Shown: positions 1 through 9,672, counted from the first letter of the stretch. The stretch is 39,754 nucleotides of DNA from Acidobacteriota bacterium (GCA_003222375.1 QHVX01000009.1:1-39754), one strand, 5' to 3'. A program made the numbers and translations. The notes: generated from the letters alone by a model not told the origin.

Positions 1-270
<270 letters not shown>

Positions 271-281
271 TTATAGGCGCC

Positions 282-3200
282 TTATTGTGCAGGCACGTAC
301 GTTGGATCTTGCGTGATTTGATCGATCACCGAGCCGTATGCCGTCACGCGTCCGCTGCCTGCGTTGACGGACACCGTCACGCGACCGTTGTAGACCGTTC
401 CGGCGCCGAAGCTCGCGAGCGAGATCTGCCTGAACTCGTTTGCGGCCAGCGGAATGTCGGTGCTGATCGCAAACTTCGAATCGGGAAGGATCAGCGACAC
501 GTGCGCCGTGGCGGCGATGCCGGAGGTCTCCGCAAGACCGATGTTAGTGCGGTAGCGATCCGACGCTTCGAGCTGCAGCAGTTGCAGCGAGCGCTCGCCA
601 TTTCCGACCGACTGCGCCGTCGTCACCGCCGGAATGAATTGACCATACGTGCCGGATGTCGTCTGCGTGTACGTGCGCGCGGTGGCGACGAGCGCAGACG
701 GATTCGTCGTGCTCACGAGAAGCGAACCGGCCGTCTGCAGGCCCGCTTGCGGGAGTGTCGACGCGATGAGGTTGTCCAACGCGCGGACTTCTCCGGCCTG
801 AACGGTCATCGTCGTTGTCACCGGGTGCGCCGAATCTCCCTGTGGGAAATATGAAAGCGCGATAGGCAACGCGGTCGCGCCGGAGTTGAAGAGTCGCACG
901 TCGCTCTTCCAGTGCGCGATGCCGCCGACATCGAAGTCTCCGACGCCGGGAAGGACGAAGCGGGTCGCGCTCGTGCCGCTCTTCAGGACGGGCGAGACGA
1001 GCAGCGGGTCGTTTGTGAAATTGTCGACGACCGACGCATAGGCAGTCACCTTGCCGGTTGGGGAGGTCACTTCGACCTCGAAGCGGCCGTCGGTCAGCGT
1101 GATTCCGTTCACACTCAGGAAGTTGTTGATCTGAAGATGCTCGCTCGGTTGCAGCGTCTCCGGAATTTGCGCGAGCTCGCGGCCGGAGTTGTCGAACACG
1201 TGGACCAGGACGTTGGCGGTCTCGCCGGCGGCTTCCACGAGGCCGAGGTTTGTTCGAAAAGCCGGCGATTGCGCGATCTGCTGCAGCGACAGACGGTTGC
1301 CGCTGCCGACGAATTGCGAGAACGGAACCGCCGGGATGAACTGACCGAATGTTCCATTCGGAGTCGCGTTGAAAGTGCGGCTGGAAGCAACGGTCGTGAC
1401 GCTCGGAGTCACTGACGTCGACAAATTGGTCGTCGATGATGTCAGCGGACGGATCTCGAGAACCCCGGTCGCCGAGCCGCCGTCAGAGCCGATGCCGAAG
1501 AAATTCGTGAGGATGTCATCGAGCGCCATCGTCGCGCCGGGATCGACATCGATCGTGGTCGACTGTCCCGATTGTGTGCCGTCGGTCCCCGACAGCGTAA
1601 AGTTGAGCTGATACTTCTGCGGCCGCGCGGAGACATTCGCGACGCGCACGTCGGACTCGAATAGGGAATCGTTCGCACCGGCAGCATGCCCGACTGCCGG
1701 AATGATCAGCGAATCGGGCGGCGGCGCATTCTTTCCGCCCGGTGCGACCGGCGTGACGAGGCTGACGGAGACCGGAATCGCCGGCGCGACTCCATTCGTC
1801 ACGTAGCGTCCTGAACTTCCAGTCGTGATCACCACTGTGCCGGTGTTCGTGCCGAGCTTCAGCGCAGCCGGATCGTAAGTCACGGTGAGCGTGATCCCCT
1901 GCGGACCGATCGTTCCGCTCGAAGGTGTAACCGTGATCCAGGGCTTGTCGCCGCGCGCCGTGAAATTCACGGATGGCGTTTGTCCTGGAATGACGATCTG
2001 CTGCGTGACGCCGCTCTGCACGCCGACGTCGGCGCTCGCCTGTTTCGCTTTTTGAGGCACGATCACCACGCTCACGACTTTCGAGTAGTGACTGCGGTCG
2101 TCGCTGCAACTGCTCACCGCGCGGACGCGATAGTAGAAACGCTGCGGCTGATCGGTCACCGCGTGCGAAAAACTCATCGAGAGGCCATCGGTGACCGAAG
2201 TTGTCGCACCGGTGAAATCGGGATTGTTCGCTTCCTGAAGCTCGAAACTGCTCGTGTTCACGACCGGCGTCCAGTGCACGGTGAACGGCGTGCCGCTGAC
2301 GACCTGTCCCGGAACGCTCGCGAGCGGACGATTCGGCGTCGCGCATGCCGGAGCATTCTTGCGAATCGCGAATGACGAATCCGCCGACGTCGCGGCCGGG
2401 CAATTGTCGAAGATCGCATCGACGTGCCACTCGATCGAGCCGCTCGGCAGCGTCGCAACGAGCTCGTTCGCGGCGGTCGAGCCGATCAGGCTCACGCCAT
2501 CCCCGTTCACCGAGCCCCATACTTTGTACGACTTCGCGCCAGGCACTTTCGACCAACGCAGACGCACCGGCGAAACCAGTCCCGTGTCGCCCTCGGCCGG
2601 TGACCACAGGAGCGAGCTGCGGTTGTTGCACGCGGTCGCAGGAATTGTGAATGATAAATGTGACGATTCTGTCGGCGGACAACCGACGAAGAACGCCACC
2701 ACCCACCACTCGAATGTCCCTTCCGGCAGCTTCTTGTCGAAATCGGTGTCGGTCGTCTCGCCGATACGCGTCGGATTTCCACCAGAAAAGCGCGCCATGA
2801 GGTGATATCCGATCGCGCCGCTGACGGGGTTCCAATCGAAGTGGACCGGTGAAGTGACGTTGTTGGCGTTGTTCGCGGGCGCGACGAGCTGCGGCGCTTC
2901 GCCCGAGCACTGCGCCGCGCGCGGCACAGTGAATTTCGATTTTGCCGAACGCACCGACGGGCAGTCGTCGAAGGTCGCTTCGACAAACCACGTCACCGTT
3001 CCGGGCGGGATCGCTTTGGAAAGCGATGTATCGGTTGTTGCGTCGATGAGTCCGAAGTCGGTTCCGTTCAAAGACGCGAAGACGCGATATTTTTTGACGC
3101 GGTCGACCGCCGACCAGATCAGCGTGACCGGCGCGGTGACATTCGCGGCGTTGTCGGCCGGTGCGATGAGCAGCGGCGCCTCGGTCGGACATCCAGCGGC

Positions 3201-4949
3201 GTTGATCTTGAAGCTCGCTCGCGCCGACGCGAGCGGCGGACAGCCGCCGAAAATCGCCTCGACATACCAGACCACCGATCCAGCCGACAAGTCGGTCTTC
3301 AAATGTGTGTTGCTGGTGACGCCGAGGTCCGCGAAGGCGTCGCCGTTGAGGGAGGCCCACACCCGATACGCCAGCGTGCCCGGCACTGCATTCCACGTGA
3401 AGTCGACGGAGGTTTGGGACTGCGAGCCGCTGATCGGTGACACGAGCGTCGGCGCGCTGTTTTGACTGCAATTCGCGGACGCGCTGACCGTGAAGTTGCC
3501 GCGCGGCGAAAAAATCGACGGGCAGTTGTCGAAGAGAGCTTCCACTTGCCACACGATCGCGCCGCTGGGATTCGGAAGCGTCACGCTCGTCGTGGTGACG
3601 CGGCCGGAGAGCTGCGGCGCGCTGCCGTCGAGCGACACCCACAGCCGGTACGCGGTCGCGCCGGCGATTCCGGTCCACGAATAGGCGACCGGCGACGCGG
3701 CCGTTGCTCCATTCGCGGGCGAGGTCAGCGTCATCGTGCCGGTCGGGCAATTCGTCGCGGCCGTCGAGAATTTGAATTCGGCGGAATGTTGATCCGGGCA
3801 GCCGGCAAATGCGGTGTCGACCCACCACGTGGTCAGGCCTTGCGGTACGAGTCGCGACAGCGTTGTGTCGGTCGTGACGCCCGCCAGCTCGCCGGCGATG
3901 AAAAGTTTGTAGCCGATCGCTCCAGGTACTGCGGTCCACGTGAACGTCGCGTTCGATGGAACGTTGGTGGCGTTGTTTGCCGGCGACACCAGCGTCGTCG
4001 GCGAGTTGTTGCAGACTGTGGGACTCGCGACGATGAATGTTCCGCGCGAAGAAAACGTCGACGGGCAATTGTCGAATCGCGCCTCGACGTACCAGATCAC
4101 CGCACCCATCGGCAGCGGCGCGCTGAGCGAGGTCGTGCTGGAGCTGCCGACCAATGACGCGATCGCACCGCCGGCAGTCGCTGCCCAAACGCGATACGAG
4201 CTCGCTCCGCTGACCGCAGTCCACGTAAACGTCACCGGCGAGTTGACGCTTGCTGCAACTGCAGGAGAGATGAGCGTCGGCGATTGCGGATTGGTTGGGC
4301 AGGCCCCGCCCGCCGCCGTGAATTTGTAATGTGGCGATCCGAGTGTCTGACAGTTTTCGGCGAGCGCTTCGACCCACCACTCGACGGATCCGGAGGGAAC
4401 GCTGGTGGAGTACTCCGTGTCGCGCGTGATCGCGATCGGATTCGCCGCTCCGCCGTTGAAGGCTGCCATCAGGCGATACAAGGTCGCCCCGGTCACCGAA
4501 TCCCAATCGAAGCGGACCGGTGATGCGACATTCGATGCGCCATTCGCGGGCGATTCGAGTTGCGGCGCGCTGGTCGGACAATTCGACGCCACTGCCGCCG
4601 TGGTGAAGGTAACGCATGCGGAGCTTTGTGCCGGACAAGGTGTGCCGCTCTTCTTCGCGGCAACGCGCCATTGATAGCGCGTGCCGGCCGAGAGTTGCGC
4701 CGTGTAGGTCGTATTCGACGTGGTCGCGGTCGCGATGAGCGGACAGCCGGTTGCCAATCCCGTCCCGATGAACACGTCGTAGGAATCGGCACCCGATACC
4801 GCGGCCCAGGTCAGCGTGACGTTCGGTGCGATGTTCGTCGCGCCATCGGCAGGTGACTGAATCCTCGGCGATGCGCCCGGGCATTGTCCGAATAGTTGTG
4901 CGGCTACGCCGGCCAGTGTGACCAGCAGGCTCGCGATGCGAAGCTTCAT
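282..4949 (-). CDS. giant secreted repeat protein (~1555 aa): signal peptide, about 9-10 tandem Cys-bracketed Fn3-like modules, a BACON-like Ig module, then two copies of a ~230-aa uncharacterised beta-rich domain
   Basis: ORF 282..5069. I place the start at ATG 4949 (MKLRIASLLVTLAGVAAQLFGQCPG, signal-peptide-like), which removes the overlap with thrC. The recurring module reads CP..P.L.SPANGATNV.SPV.F.W.AV.GA..Y.V......W.VEA.F..CP and spans roughly 2060-4883. The C-terminal duplicated domain spans roughly 990-1735 and 285-965. Confidence 0.85.
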   Translation of the reverse strand: MKLRIASLLVTLAGVAAQLFGQCPGASPRIQSPADGATNIAPNVTLTWAAVSGADSYDVFIGTGLATGCPLIATATTSNTTYTAQLSAGTRYQWRVAAKKSGTPCPAQSSACVTFTTAAVASNCPTSAPQLESPANGASNVASPVRFDWDSVTGATLYRLMAAFNGGAANPIAITRDTEYSTSVPSGSVEWWVEALAENCQTLGSPHYKFTAAGGACPTNPQSPTLISPAVAASVNSPVTFTWTAVSGASSYRVWAATAGGAIASLVGSSSTTSLSAPLPMGAVIWYVEARFDNCPSTFSSRGTFIVASPTVCNNSPTTLVSPANNATNVPSNATFTWTAVPGAIGYKLFIAGELAGVTTDTTLSRLVPQGLTTWWVDTAFAGCPDQHSAEFKFSTAATNCPTGTMTLTSPANGATAASPVAYSWTGIAGATAYRLWVSLDGSAPQLSGRVTTTSVTLPNPSGAIVWQVEALFDNCPSIFSPRGNFTVSASANCSQNSAPTLVSPISGSQSQTSVDFTWNAVPGTLAYRVWASLNGDAFADLGVTSNTHLKTDLSAGSVVWYVEAIFGGCPPLASARASFKINAAGCPTEAPLLIAPADNAANVTAPVTLIWSAVDRVKKYRVFASLNGTDFGLIDATTDTSLSKAIPPGTVTWFVEATFDDCPSVRSAKSKFTVPRAAQCSGEAPQLVAPANNANNVTSPVHFDWNPVSGAIGYHLMARFSGGNPTRIGETTDTDFDKKLPEGTFEWWVVAFFVGCPPTESSHLSFTIPATACNNRSSLLWSPAEGDTGLVSPVRLRWSKVPGAKSYKVWGSVNGDGVSLIGSTAANELVATLPSGSIEWHVDAIFDNCPAATSADSSFAIRKNAPACATPNRPLASVPGQVVSGTPFTVHWTPVVNTSSFELQEANNPDFTGATTSVTDGLSMSFSHAVTDQPQRFYYRVRAVSSCSDDRSHYSKVVSVVIVPQKAKQASADVGVQSGVTQQIVIPGQTPSVNFTARGDKPWITVTPSSGTIGPQGITLTVTYDPAALKLGTNTGTVVITTGSSGRYVTNGVAPAIPVSVSLVTPVAPGGKNAPPPDSLIIPAVGHAAGANDSLFESDVRVANVSARPQKYQLNFTLSGTDGTQSGQSTTIDVDPGATMALDDILTNFFGIGSDGGSATGVLEIRPLTSSTTNLSTSVTPSVTTVASSRTFNATPNGTFGQFIPAVPFSQFVGSGNRLSLQQIAQSPAFRTNLGLVEAAGETANVLVHVFDNSGRELAQIPETLQPSEHLQINNFLSVNGITLTDGRFEVEVTSPTGKVTAYASVVDNFTNDPLLVSPVLKSGTSATRFVLPGVGDFDVGGIAHWKSDVRLFNSGATALPIALSYFPQGDSAHPVTTTMTVQAGEVRALDNLIASTLPQAGLQTAGSLLVSTTNPSALVATARTYTQTTSGTYGQFIPAVTTAQSVGNGERSLQLLQLEASDRYRTNIGLAETSGIAATAHVSLILPDSKFAISTDIPLAANEFRQISLASFGAGTVYNGRVTVSVNAGSGRVTAYGSVIDQITQDPTYVPAQ

Positions 4950-5004
4950 GGCTCTCTCGGATTCCAATGGTATGAAGGACTCGCGATGCGCAGCGTGACC
5001 ATCA

Positions 5005-6174
5005 TCACGAGTGGTACTTGTTTCCTCCCGTGTTGAACAGGACGACGGTCTCAGCAGACGAAATCGCACCTTTCTCGATTAGACGGCGAAGTGCCAAAAG
5101 TGCTGCACCTGCCTCCGGACCGGCATCGATTCCTTCGCGCGTCCGGAGCTCGGCGGCCGCAGGCTCAATCTGCGATTCCTCGACAGCGATTGCTCCACCC
5201 CTTGATTCGCGAAGCGCGCGGAGCATCAGGCGATCGCCGACCGCGCGCGGAACGCGCAATCCCCAGGCGGAGGTCTGCGCTGCTTCCCATTCGGGAGCGC
5301 TCTCGAGTCCGGAGTCGAACGCGCGGACGATCGGAGCGCATCCGCTGGACTGCACACTCCACATTCGCGGCCGCCGCTTGTCGATCCAACCGAGGCGCTG
5401 CATCTCGTCGAAGGCTTTCCACATTCCGATCAGCCCGGTCCCGCCGCCGGTCGGATAGAGGATGACGTCGGGAAGGCGGCCGAGATCCTCGAGCAGCTCG
5501 TAACCCATGATCTTTTTTCCTTCGACGCGATAAGGCTCCTTCAACGTCGAAAGATCGAATCCGCCTGTCGATGCGATGTACTGCTGCACGCGCTTGCCGG
5601 CATCTGTGATGAGTCCTGCGACCATCTCGACCTGCGCGCCGTAGCTGCGGCATTCGTCGACGATCGACTTCGGCGTATCGCGCGGCATTGCAACGAACAC
5701 CGGCAGTCCCGCTCGAGCGCCGTACGCCGAGAGAGCCGCACCGGCGTTTCCGGCGGTCGGCGCGGCCAGCGACTTCGCGCCGTTGCGCGCCGCCATCGTG
5801 ACGGCCGCCGCCATGCCGCGCGATTTGAACGATCGCGTCGGATTCTTGGATTCGTCTTTGATCCAGACATTTTCGAATTGCGTCGAGCGAAGCAGCGGCG
5901 TGATGCCTTCGCCTAACGTGATGCCTTCATCAGCCGGAAGCACTTCCGCGTAACGCCACATCGTCGGTGGACGCGATCGGATTTTTTCGCGCAGCTCGGG
6001 GGCAGGCGAGAGGTCATACTCCACCAGCAGCGGCGCGTTGCAATTGCGGCACAGATTGATGAGCTGATCCGGATCGTACTCGGTGGCGCACGCCGAGCAA
6101 CGGAGGCGAAACGAAAAGCGTCGCGACGCTTCCGCGCCGCGACGCATTGTCAGTTGGCGGTTATCGGTGGTCAC
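5005..6174 (-). CDS. thrC: threonine synthase (PLP-dependent), with an N-terminal Cys4 zinc-ribbon
   Basis: 389-aa ORF. It has the SFKSRG PLP-lysine motif, a GNAG loop and N-terminal CSAC...CRNC. GTG at 6174 overlaps the upstream stop by 1 nt. ATG at 6147 is an alternative start. Confidence 0.85.
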   Translation of the reverse strand: MTTDNRQLTMRRGAEASRRFSFRLRCSACATEYDPDQLINLCRNCNAPLLVEYDLSPAPELREKIRSRPPTMWRYAEVLPADEGITLGEGITPLLRSTQFENVWIKDESKNPTRSFKSRGMAAAVTMAARNGAKSLAAPTAGNAGAALSAYGARAGLPVFVAMPRDTPKSIVDECRSYGAQVEMVAGLITDAGKRVQQYIASTGGFDLSTLKEPYRVEGKKIMGYELLEDLGRLPDVILYPTGGGTGLIGMWKAFDEMQRLGWIDKRRPRMWSVQSSGCAPIVRAFDSGLESAPEWEAAQTSAWGLRVPRAVGDRLMLRALRESRGGAIAVEESQIEPAAAELRTREGIDAGPEAGAALLALRRLIEKGAISSAETVVLFNTGGNKYHS

Positions 6175-6941
6175 TACTGCGATTTTTTCGCGTCGTCGAC
6201 GGCCTGTTGCATCTTCTTCTGCAGGTCGTCCAACCCCTTCTTCGACTGATCATCCGGCCCGGCGAGGCCGGCGAGCTCGCTGTCGTACTTCTTCAGAAGC
6301 TGCCGGTTGTAAGCGATCGCCGGATCCTCATTGGCCTTGGCAGTGAGATCTTGTCCTTCCTTCGCCGTCTTCTCGTACTGATCGAGCATCTGCTTGTACA
6401 TCTGCTTCGTCTGCTCGTCCTTCGCTTCTTCGTACGCTTTTCTCATCTGCGAGTGGCTGGACTCGACCGACGCTGCCATCGCGTTCGAAGTCATTTCAGC
6501 GAACGCCGTCGCGCTGACGGTCAGGACTTGACCCTTGACCCACAAATACTCCTGCGTGTTGTAGCCAAGGTCTTTGGCGGCGCGGATGTCGGCAGTGGCG
6601 AATTCCGCGGCGTTCCGCATTCCCTTGAAGCTCTCCATTACGCCGGCAATCGAGTTCTTCGACTTGTCGGCCGTCTTGAAGTGCTCATCCGCTTTTTGAT
6701 ACGCGGCCTTGGCGATCTCCTTCTCGTGCTGCTTCACTTTCAAATACATCTGGACCTGCGCGTCGGTCAGTTTGCCGTCCTTCGGCGGGTCGTACTTATC
6801 GTTAGCGACCTGCTTCATCAGGTCCATCGGGCCGCGTTTGTCGAGGTCTTTTGAGATGTTCGCTTTGTCAGCCAGCTCTTTGACCTTGCAGCCGAACAAA
6901 GCGACCGACAGCAGAAGAATCGCGGGAATGATCCGACGCAT
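6174..6941 (-). CDS. lipoprotein, Lys/Glu-rich and probably helical, unknown function
   Basis: 255-aa ORF with the lipobox MRRIIPAILLLSVALFGC. GGAGGA lies upstream of the ATG. The gene is co-directional with, and tightly spaced after, the MglA-like GTPase gene. Confidence 0.7.
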   Translation of the reverse strand: MRRIIPAILLLSVALFGCKVKELADKANISKDLDKRGPMDLMKQVANDKYDPPKDGKLTDAQVQMYLKVKQHEKEIAKAAYQKADEHFKTADKSKNSIAGVMESFKGMRNAAEFATADIRAAKDLGYNTQEYLWVKGQVLTVSATAFAEMTSNAMAASVESSHSQMRKAYEEAKDEQTKQMYKQMLDQYEKTAKEGQDLTAKANEDPAIAYNRQLLKKYDSELAGLAGPDDQSKKGLDDLQKKMQQAVDDAKKSQ

Positions 6942-6984
6942 TTAATTCCTCCAAATAATAGAGATTTTCGGAGATTCTATCAGG

Positions 6985-8076
6985 CTAACGGCCGATTTGG
7001 CTTTTTACCTTATTCGTCAGCTCGTTCAGGGACTGCAGAAGCTCTCTGAGCGACCCTTCGAGTTGTCTCACTCGGCTTTCCAGAGCGGCGACCTGACTGC
7101 TGCTCGCGCTGCTCGCAGTCGAGCGCGTGAGTGGGGGTAGCTCAGGCTCATCCATCAACGCCACTGCCAGAGGTGCCTCGAGGAGTTCTTCGGCTCCCAG
7201 CTCCTCGACTTCGTCGTGGACGACAGGGATCGGCACGGTGCCTGACATCGTCGCGGGCCGCTCGCGGCCTTCGAGAAGTTGCTCGAGTGACACCTCTTCC
7301 ATCTTCTCGTAGCCGGCGTCGAGCGGGTTCGCTTCCGGGAACGGAATCGAGTCGCCGAAGGGATTTGCTTCCAGCTCCGGGGCGGGCGGTGGTGGTGCGG
7401 GAACGCGTTTGTTGCCGGCGACGGTCTTCGGCCTACCGTGCTTCGCGGGCTTCTCCGGTTTCTTCCGTTCGATCGGCTCGGCTTTTCCTTTGAGCCGGTT
7501 GTAAAGATGTTTGGCGGTGATCTTCGAGACGAGCTTGAATGTCTCCATCACGCCTTCGCCTTTGATCGCCGACGCTTCGTGATACGGATAGCCTTCGAGT
7601 CCGAGCGCTTCCTGAAGATCGTCAATCGGCAGCACGCCGGGGATGTCGCGCTTGTTGTACTGGATGACGATCGGCGTGTCCCGGGGGTCGATGTTGTTCT
7701 CCTTCATGTTCTCGAGGAGATTGGTGAAGCTCTCCTTTGTGGACTCGACCATCGACGGCTGAGAATCGGCGACGAAGACGATCGAGTCTGCGCCTTTGAG
7801 CACGAGCTTTCGCGTCTCGTTGTAGAAGACCTGCCCCGGCACGGTGTAGAGCTGCATCTTGAGATTGAAGTTGCCGACCTTGCCGATGTCGACGGGGAGG
7901 AGGTCGAAGAAGAGCGTTCGGTCGGTTTTCGTCGCCAGCGACAGCATCTTTCCCTTCTGTTTGGGATCGAGTTTGTCGAAGATGACCATCAGATTCGTCG
8001 TTTTTCCGCACAGACCGGGACCGTAGTAAACGATCTTCGCGGTCATCTCACGTGTCGCGTGATTGAAGAGGACCAT
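6985..8076 (-). CDS. MglA-like Ras-superfamily small GTPase with a ~170-aa C-terminal Pro-rich and coiled-coil extension
   Basis: From ATG 8076 the translation reads MVLFNHATREMTAKIVYYGPGLCGKTTNL...DRTLFFD...LYTVPGQVFY...QYNKRD. This aligns by eye along the whole MglA core (P-loop, TVPGQ, NKRD). The tail contains PAPPPPAPE and a heptad-like stretch, SQVAALESRVRQLEGSLRELLQSLNELTNKV. Confidence 0.8.
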   Translation of the reverse strand: MVLFNHATREMTAKIVYYGPGLCGKTTNLMVIFDKLDPKQKGKMLSLATKTDRTLFFDLLPVDIGKVGNFNLKMQLYTVPGQVFYNETRKLVLKGADSIVFVADSQPSMVESTKESFTNLLENMKENNIDPRDTPIVIQYNKRDIPGVLPIDDLQEALGLEGYPYHEASAIKGEGVMETFKLVSKITAKHLYNRLKGKAEPIERKKPEKPAKHGRPKTVAGNKRVPAPPPPAPELEANPFGDSIPFPEANPLDAGYEKMEEVSLEQLLEGRERPATMSGTVPIPVVHDEVEELGAEELLEAPLAVALMDEPELPPLTRSTASSASSSQVAALESRVRQLEGSLRELLQSLNELTNKVKSQIGR

Positions 8077-8110
8077 AGTTTTCAAGAGTATCGCATAGAA
8101 TCCGCGGGCC

Positions 8111-8377
8111 GTGGATGAGGGCCCGGTCGAGATCCCGATCACCGATACACTCGACCTTCATGCGTTTCGTCCCGACGAAATTCGCGATGTGGCGCTGGAG
8201 TACCTCACCGAAGCGCGGACGCGTGGTTTCAGGCAGGTGCGGTTGATTCACGGCCGCGGCATCGGCATGCAACGTGCGAATATTCAGTCGATGCTGCGAC
8301 GTCTCGACTTCGTTCAGGACTTCTGGGACGACGCGTCCCTCGGAGCGACCGTGGTAGTGCTGAGGACTGAGGACTGA
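8111..8377 (+). CDS. stand-alone Smr (small MutS-related) domain protein
   Basis: 88-aa ORF with LDLHAFRPDEI...VRLIHGRGIG, typical of Smr domains. The last codons and the TGA stop lie inside the GGACTGA heptamer array. Confidence 0.7.
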   Translation: MDEGPVEIPITDTLDLHAFRPDEIRDVALEYLTEARTRGFRQVRLIHGRGIGMQRANIQSMLRRLDFVQDFWDDASLGATVVVLRTED

Positions 8378-8394
8378 GGACTGAGGACTGAGAA
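8360..8394. repeat. tandem heptamer array (CTGAGGA x4 plus one variant), left arm of cassette 1
   Basis: Read directly: ctgagga ctgagga ctgagga ctgagga ctgagaa. It is the inverted complement of the array at 8653-8683. Confidence 0.9.
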
Positions 8395-8413
8395 CTACGA
8401 TCGGTAGAACTAA

Positions 8414-8683
8414 TTGTGGACCGAGGGACAATTAGTGCATGAAAAAAACAGAATTGAGCGCTTTGAAGATCTCATCGCTTGGCAAAGAGCACGTCTGATG
8501 ACGAACGCGGAAGTGCGCAATGATTTATATCTCGCGCTGGACGTCGGTTATGTGGACGAGACCACAGCATTGACGATGATCGCGAGCGCGGAAGAAGTCA
8601 GTCGAATCATTGGTGGCTTGCGAAGCGCAGTGGCTCGCCAGAGGAAACGCACTCAGTCCTCAGTCCTCAGTCCTCAGTCCTGA
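8414..8683 (+). pseudogene. degenerate four-helix-bundle protein gene (23S rRNA intervening-sequence protein/Avd-like family)
   Basis: The translation NRIERFEDLIAWQRARL...AEVRNDLYLALDVGYVDE...EEVSRIIGGLRSAV matches the intact copy at 13940-14320. About 45 central residues are missing. The conserved ATG at 8439 is out of frame because of an A7 run at 8442-8448. Confidence 0.6.
8653..8683. repeat. tandem heptamer array (TCAGTCC x4), right arm of cassette 1
   Basis: Read directly. It is the reverse complement of the GGACTGA units and ends 2 nt before the nadA ATG. Confidence 0.9.
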
Positions 8684-8685
8684 TC

Positions 8686-9672
8686 ATGTCAACACTTCTC
8701 GAAGAGCTGCAACGCGTCAAGACGTTCGAGTACACCGAAGAAGACGTCGTTCAGTTCGAGGCCCTTCACGAGGAGATCCGATCGCTCAAGAAAGAGCGCA
8801 ACGCCGTCATCGTCGCGCACAACTACTACCGGCCTGAGATTCTGAAGGTTGCCGATTTCGTGGGCGATTCCCTCGAGCTGGCGCTGATGGCGTCCAACGT
8901 CAGGGACGCCGACGTCATCGAATTCTGCGGCGTGCATTTCATGGCCGAGACGGCGAAGATCGTCAATCCGTCGCGCACGGTTCTGCTCCCGAATCTTCTC
9001 GCTGGATGTCAGCTCGCCGGCTCGGCACCCGCCGAAGATCTGCGGGCACGCAGAGACGAACTGAAAAAGCAGTATCCGGATCTTGCGGTCGTCAGCTACG
9101 TCAACACGACTGCGGCAGTCAAAGCGCTCTCGGACGTCATCTGCACGTCGGCGAATGCGCCGAAAGTCGTCCGGTCGCTGCCTAACAAGAACATTTTGTT
9201 TGTCCCCGATCGGAATCTCGCAAATTTCGTCGCGAAGCAGGTTCCTGAAAAGAACATCATTCCGTGGGACGGGTTCTGCTACGTGCATCAGCAGATCACT
9301 CCGCAGGAGATCGAGCGAATCCGACAGGCCGATCCGGAGCTCGAAATTCTCGTGCATCCCGAATGTCGCCCCGATGTCGCCAAGCTTGCCAATGCCGTGT
9401 TGTCGACTTCCGGAATGGTCAAGTACGCGAAAGAAAAATCTGCAAAGCGGTTTCTGGTGGTCACCGAATGCGGACTCTCCGATCGGCTGGCGATGGAAGT
9501 CCCTGACAAGCAGTTCCTGAAAGGCTGCAAGCTGTGCACATTCATGAAGGTCACCACGCTCGATGACGTGCGCGACTCGCTGAAGTACATGCGCTACGAA
9601 ATCGAAGTGCCGGAGGAGATCCGTGTTCCTGCCGAGCGCGCGCTGCGGCGGATGTTCGATGTTGCGGGGTAG
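8686..9672 (+). CDS. nadA: quinolinate synthase A
   Basis: 328-aa ORF. The stretch AVIVAHNYYRPEILKVADFVGDSLELA...VVSYVNTTAAVKALSDVICTSANA...FVPDRNLANFV is collinear with the Thermotoga-type NadA that I recall. Confidence 0.9.
   Translation: MSTLLEELQRVKTFEYTEEDVVQFEALHEEIRSLKKERNAVIVAHNYYRPEILKVADFVGDSLELALMASNVRDADVIEFCGVHFMAETAKIVNPSRTVLLPNLLAGCQLAGSAPAEDLRARRDELKKQYPDLAVVSYVNTTAAVKALSDVICTSANAPKVVRSLPNKNILFVPDRNLANFVAKQVPEKNIIPWDGFCYVHQQITPQEIERIRQADPELEILVHPECRPDVAKLANAVLSTSGMVKYAKEKSAKRFLVVTECGLSDRLAMEVPDKQFLKGCKLCTFMKVTTLDDVRDSLKYMRYEIEVPEEIRVPAERALRRMFDVAG

Noticed and set aside
1516-4884. A 1122-aa ORF on the minus strand in an alternative frame of the giant protein gene. Many other long shadow ORFs occur as well, for example 10926-12260, 15051-16160, 21652-22740, 23010-23966, 24049-24969, 25763-26977, 29835-30869, 30939-31715, 34302-35732, 35228-36190, 35846-36739 and 37731-38840.
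   Set aside because: They all overlap genes with clear family signatures and are extremely Arg/Gly/Ala/Pro-rich with no motifs. This is the classic behaviour of off-frame or antisense ORFs in high-GC DNA.
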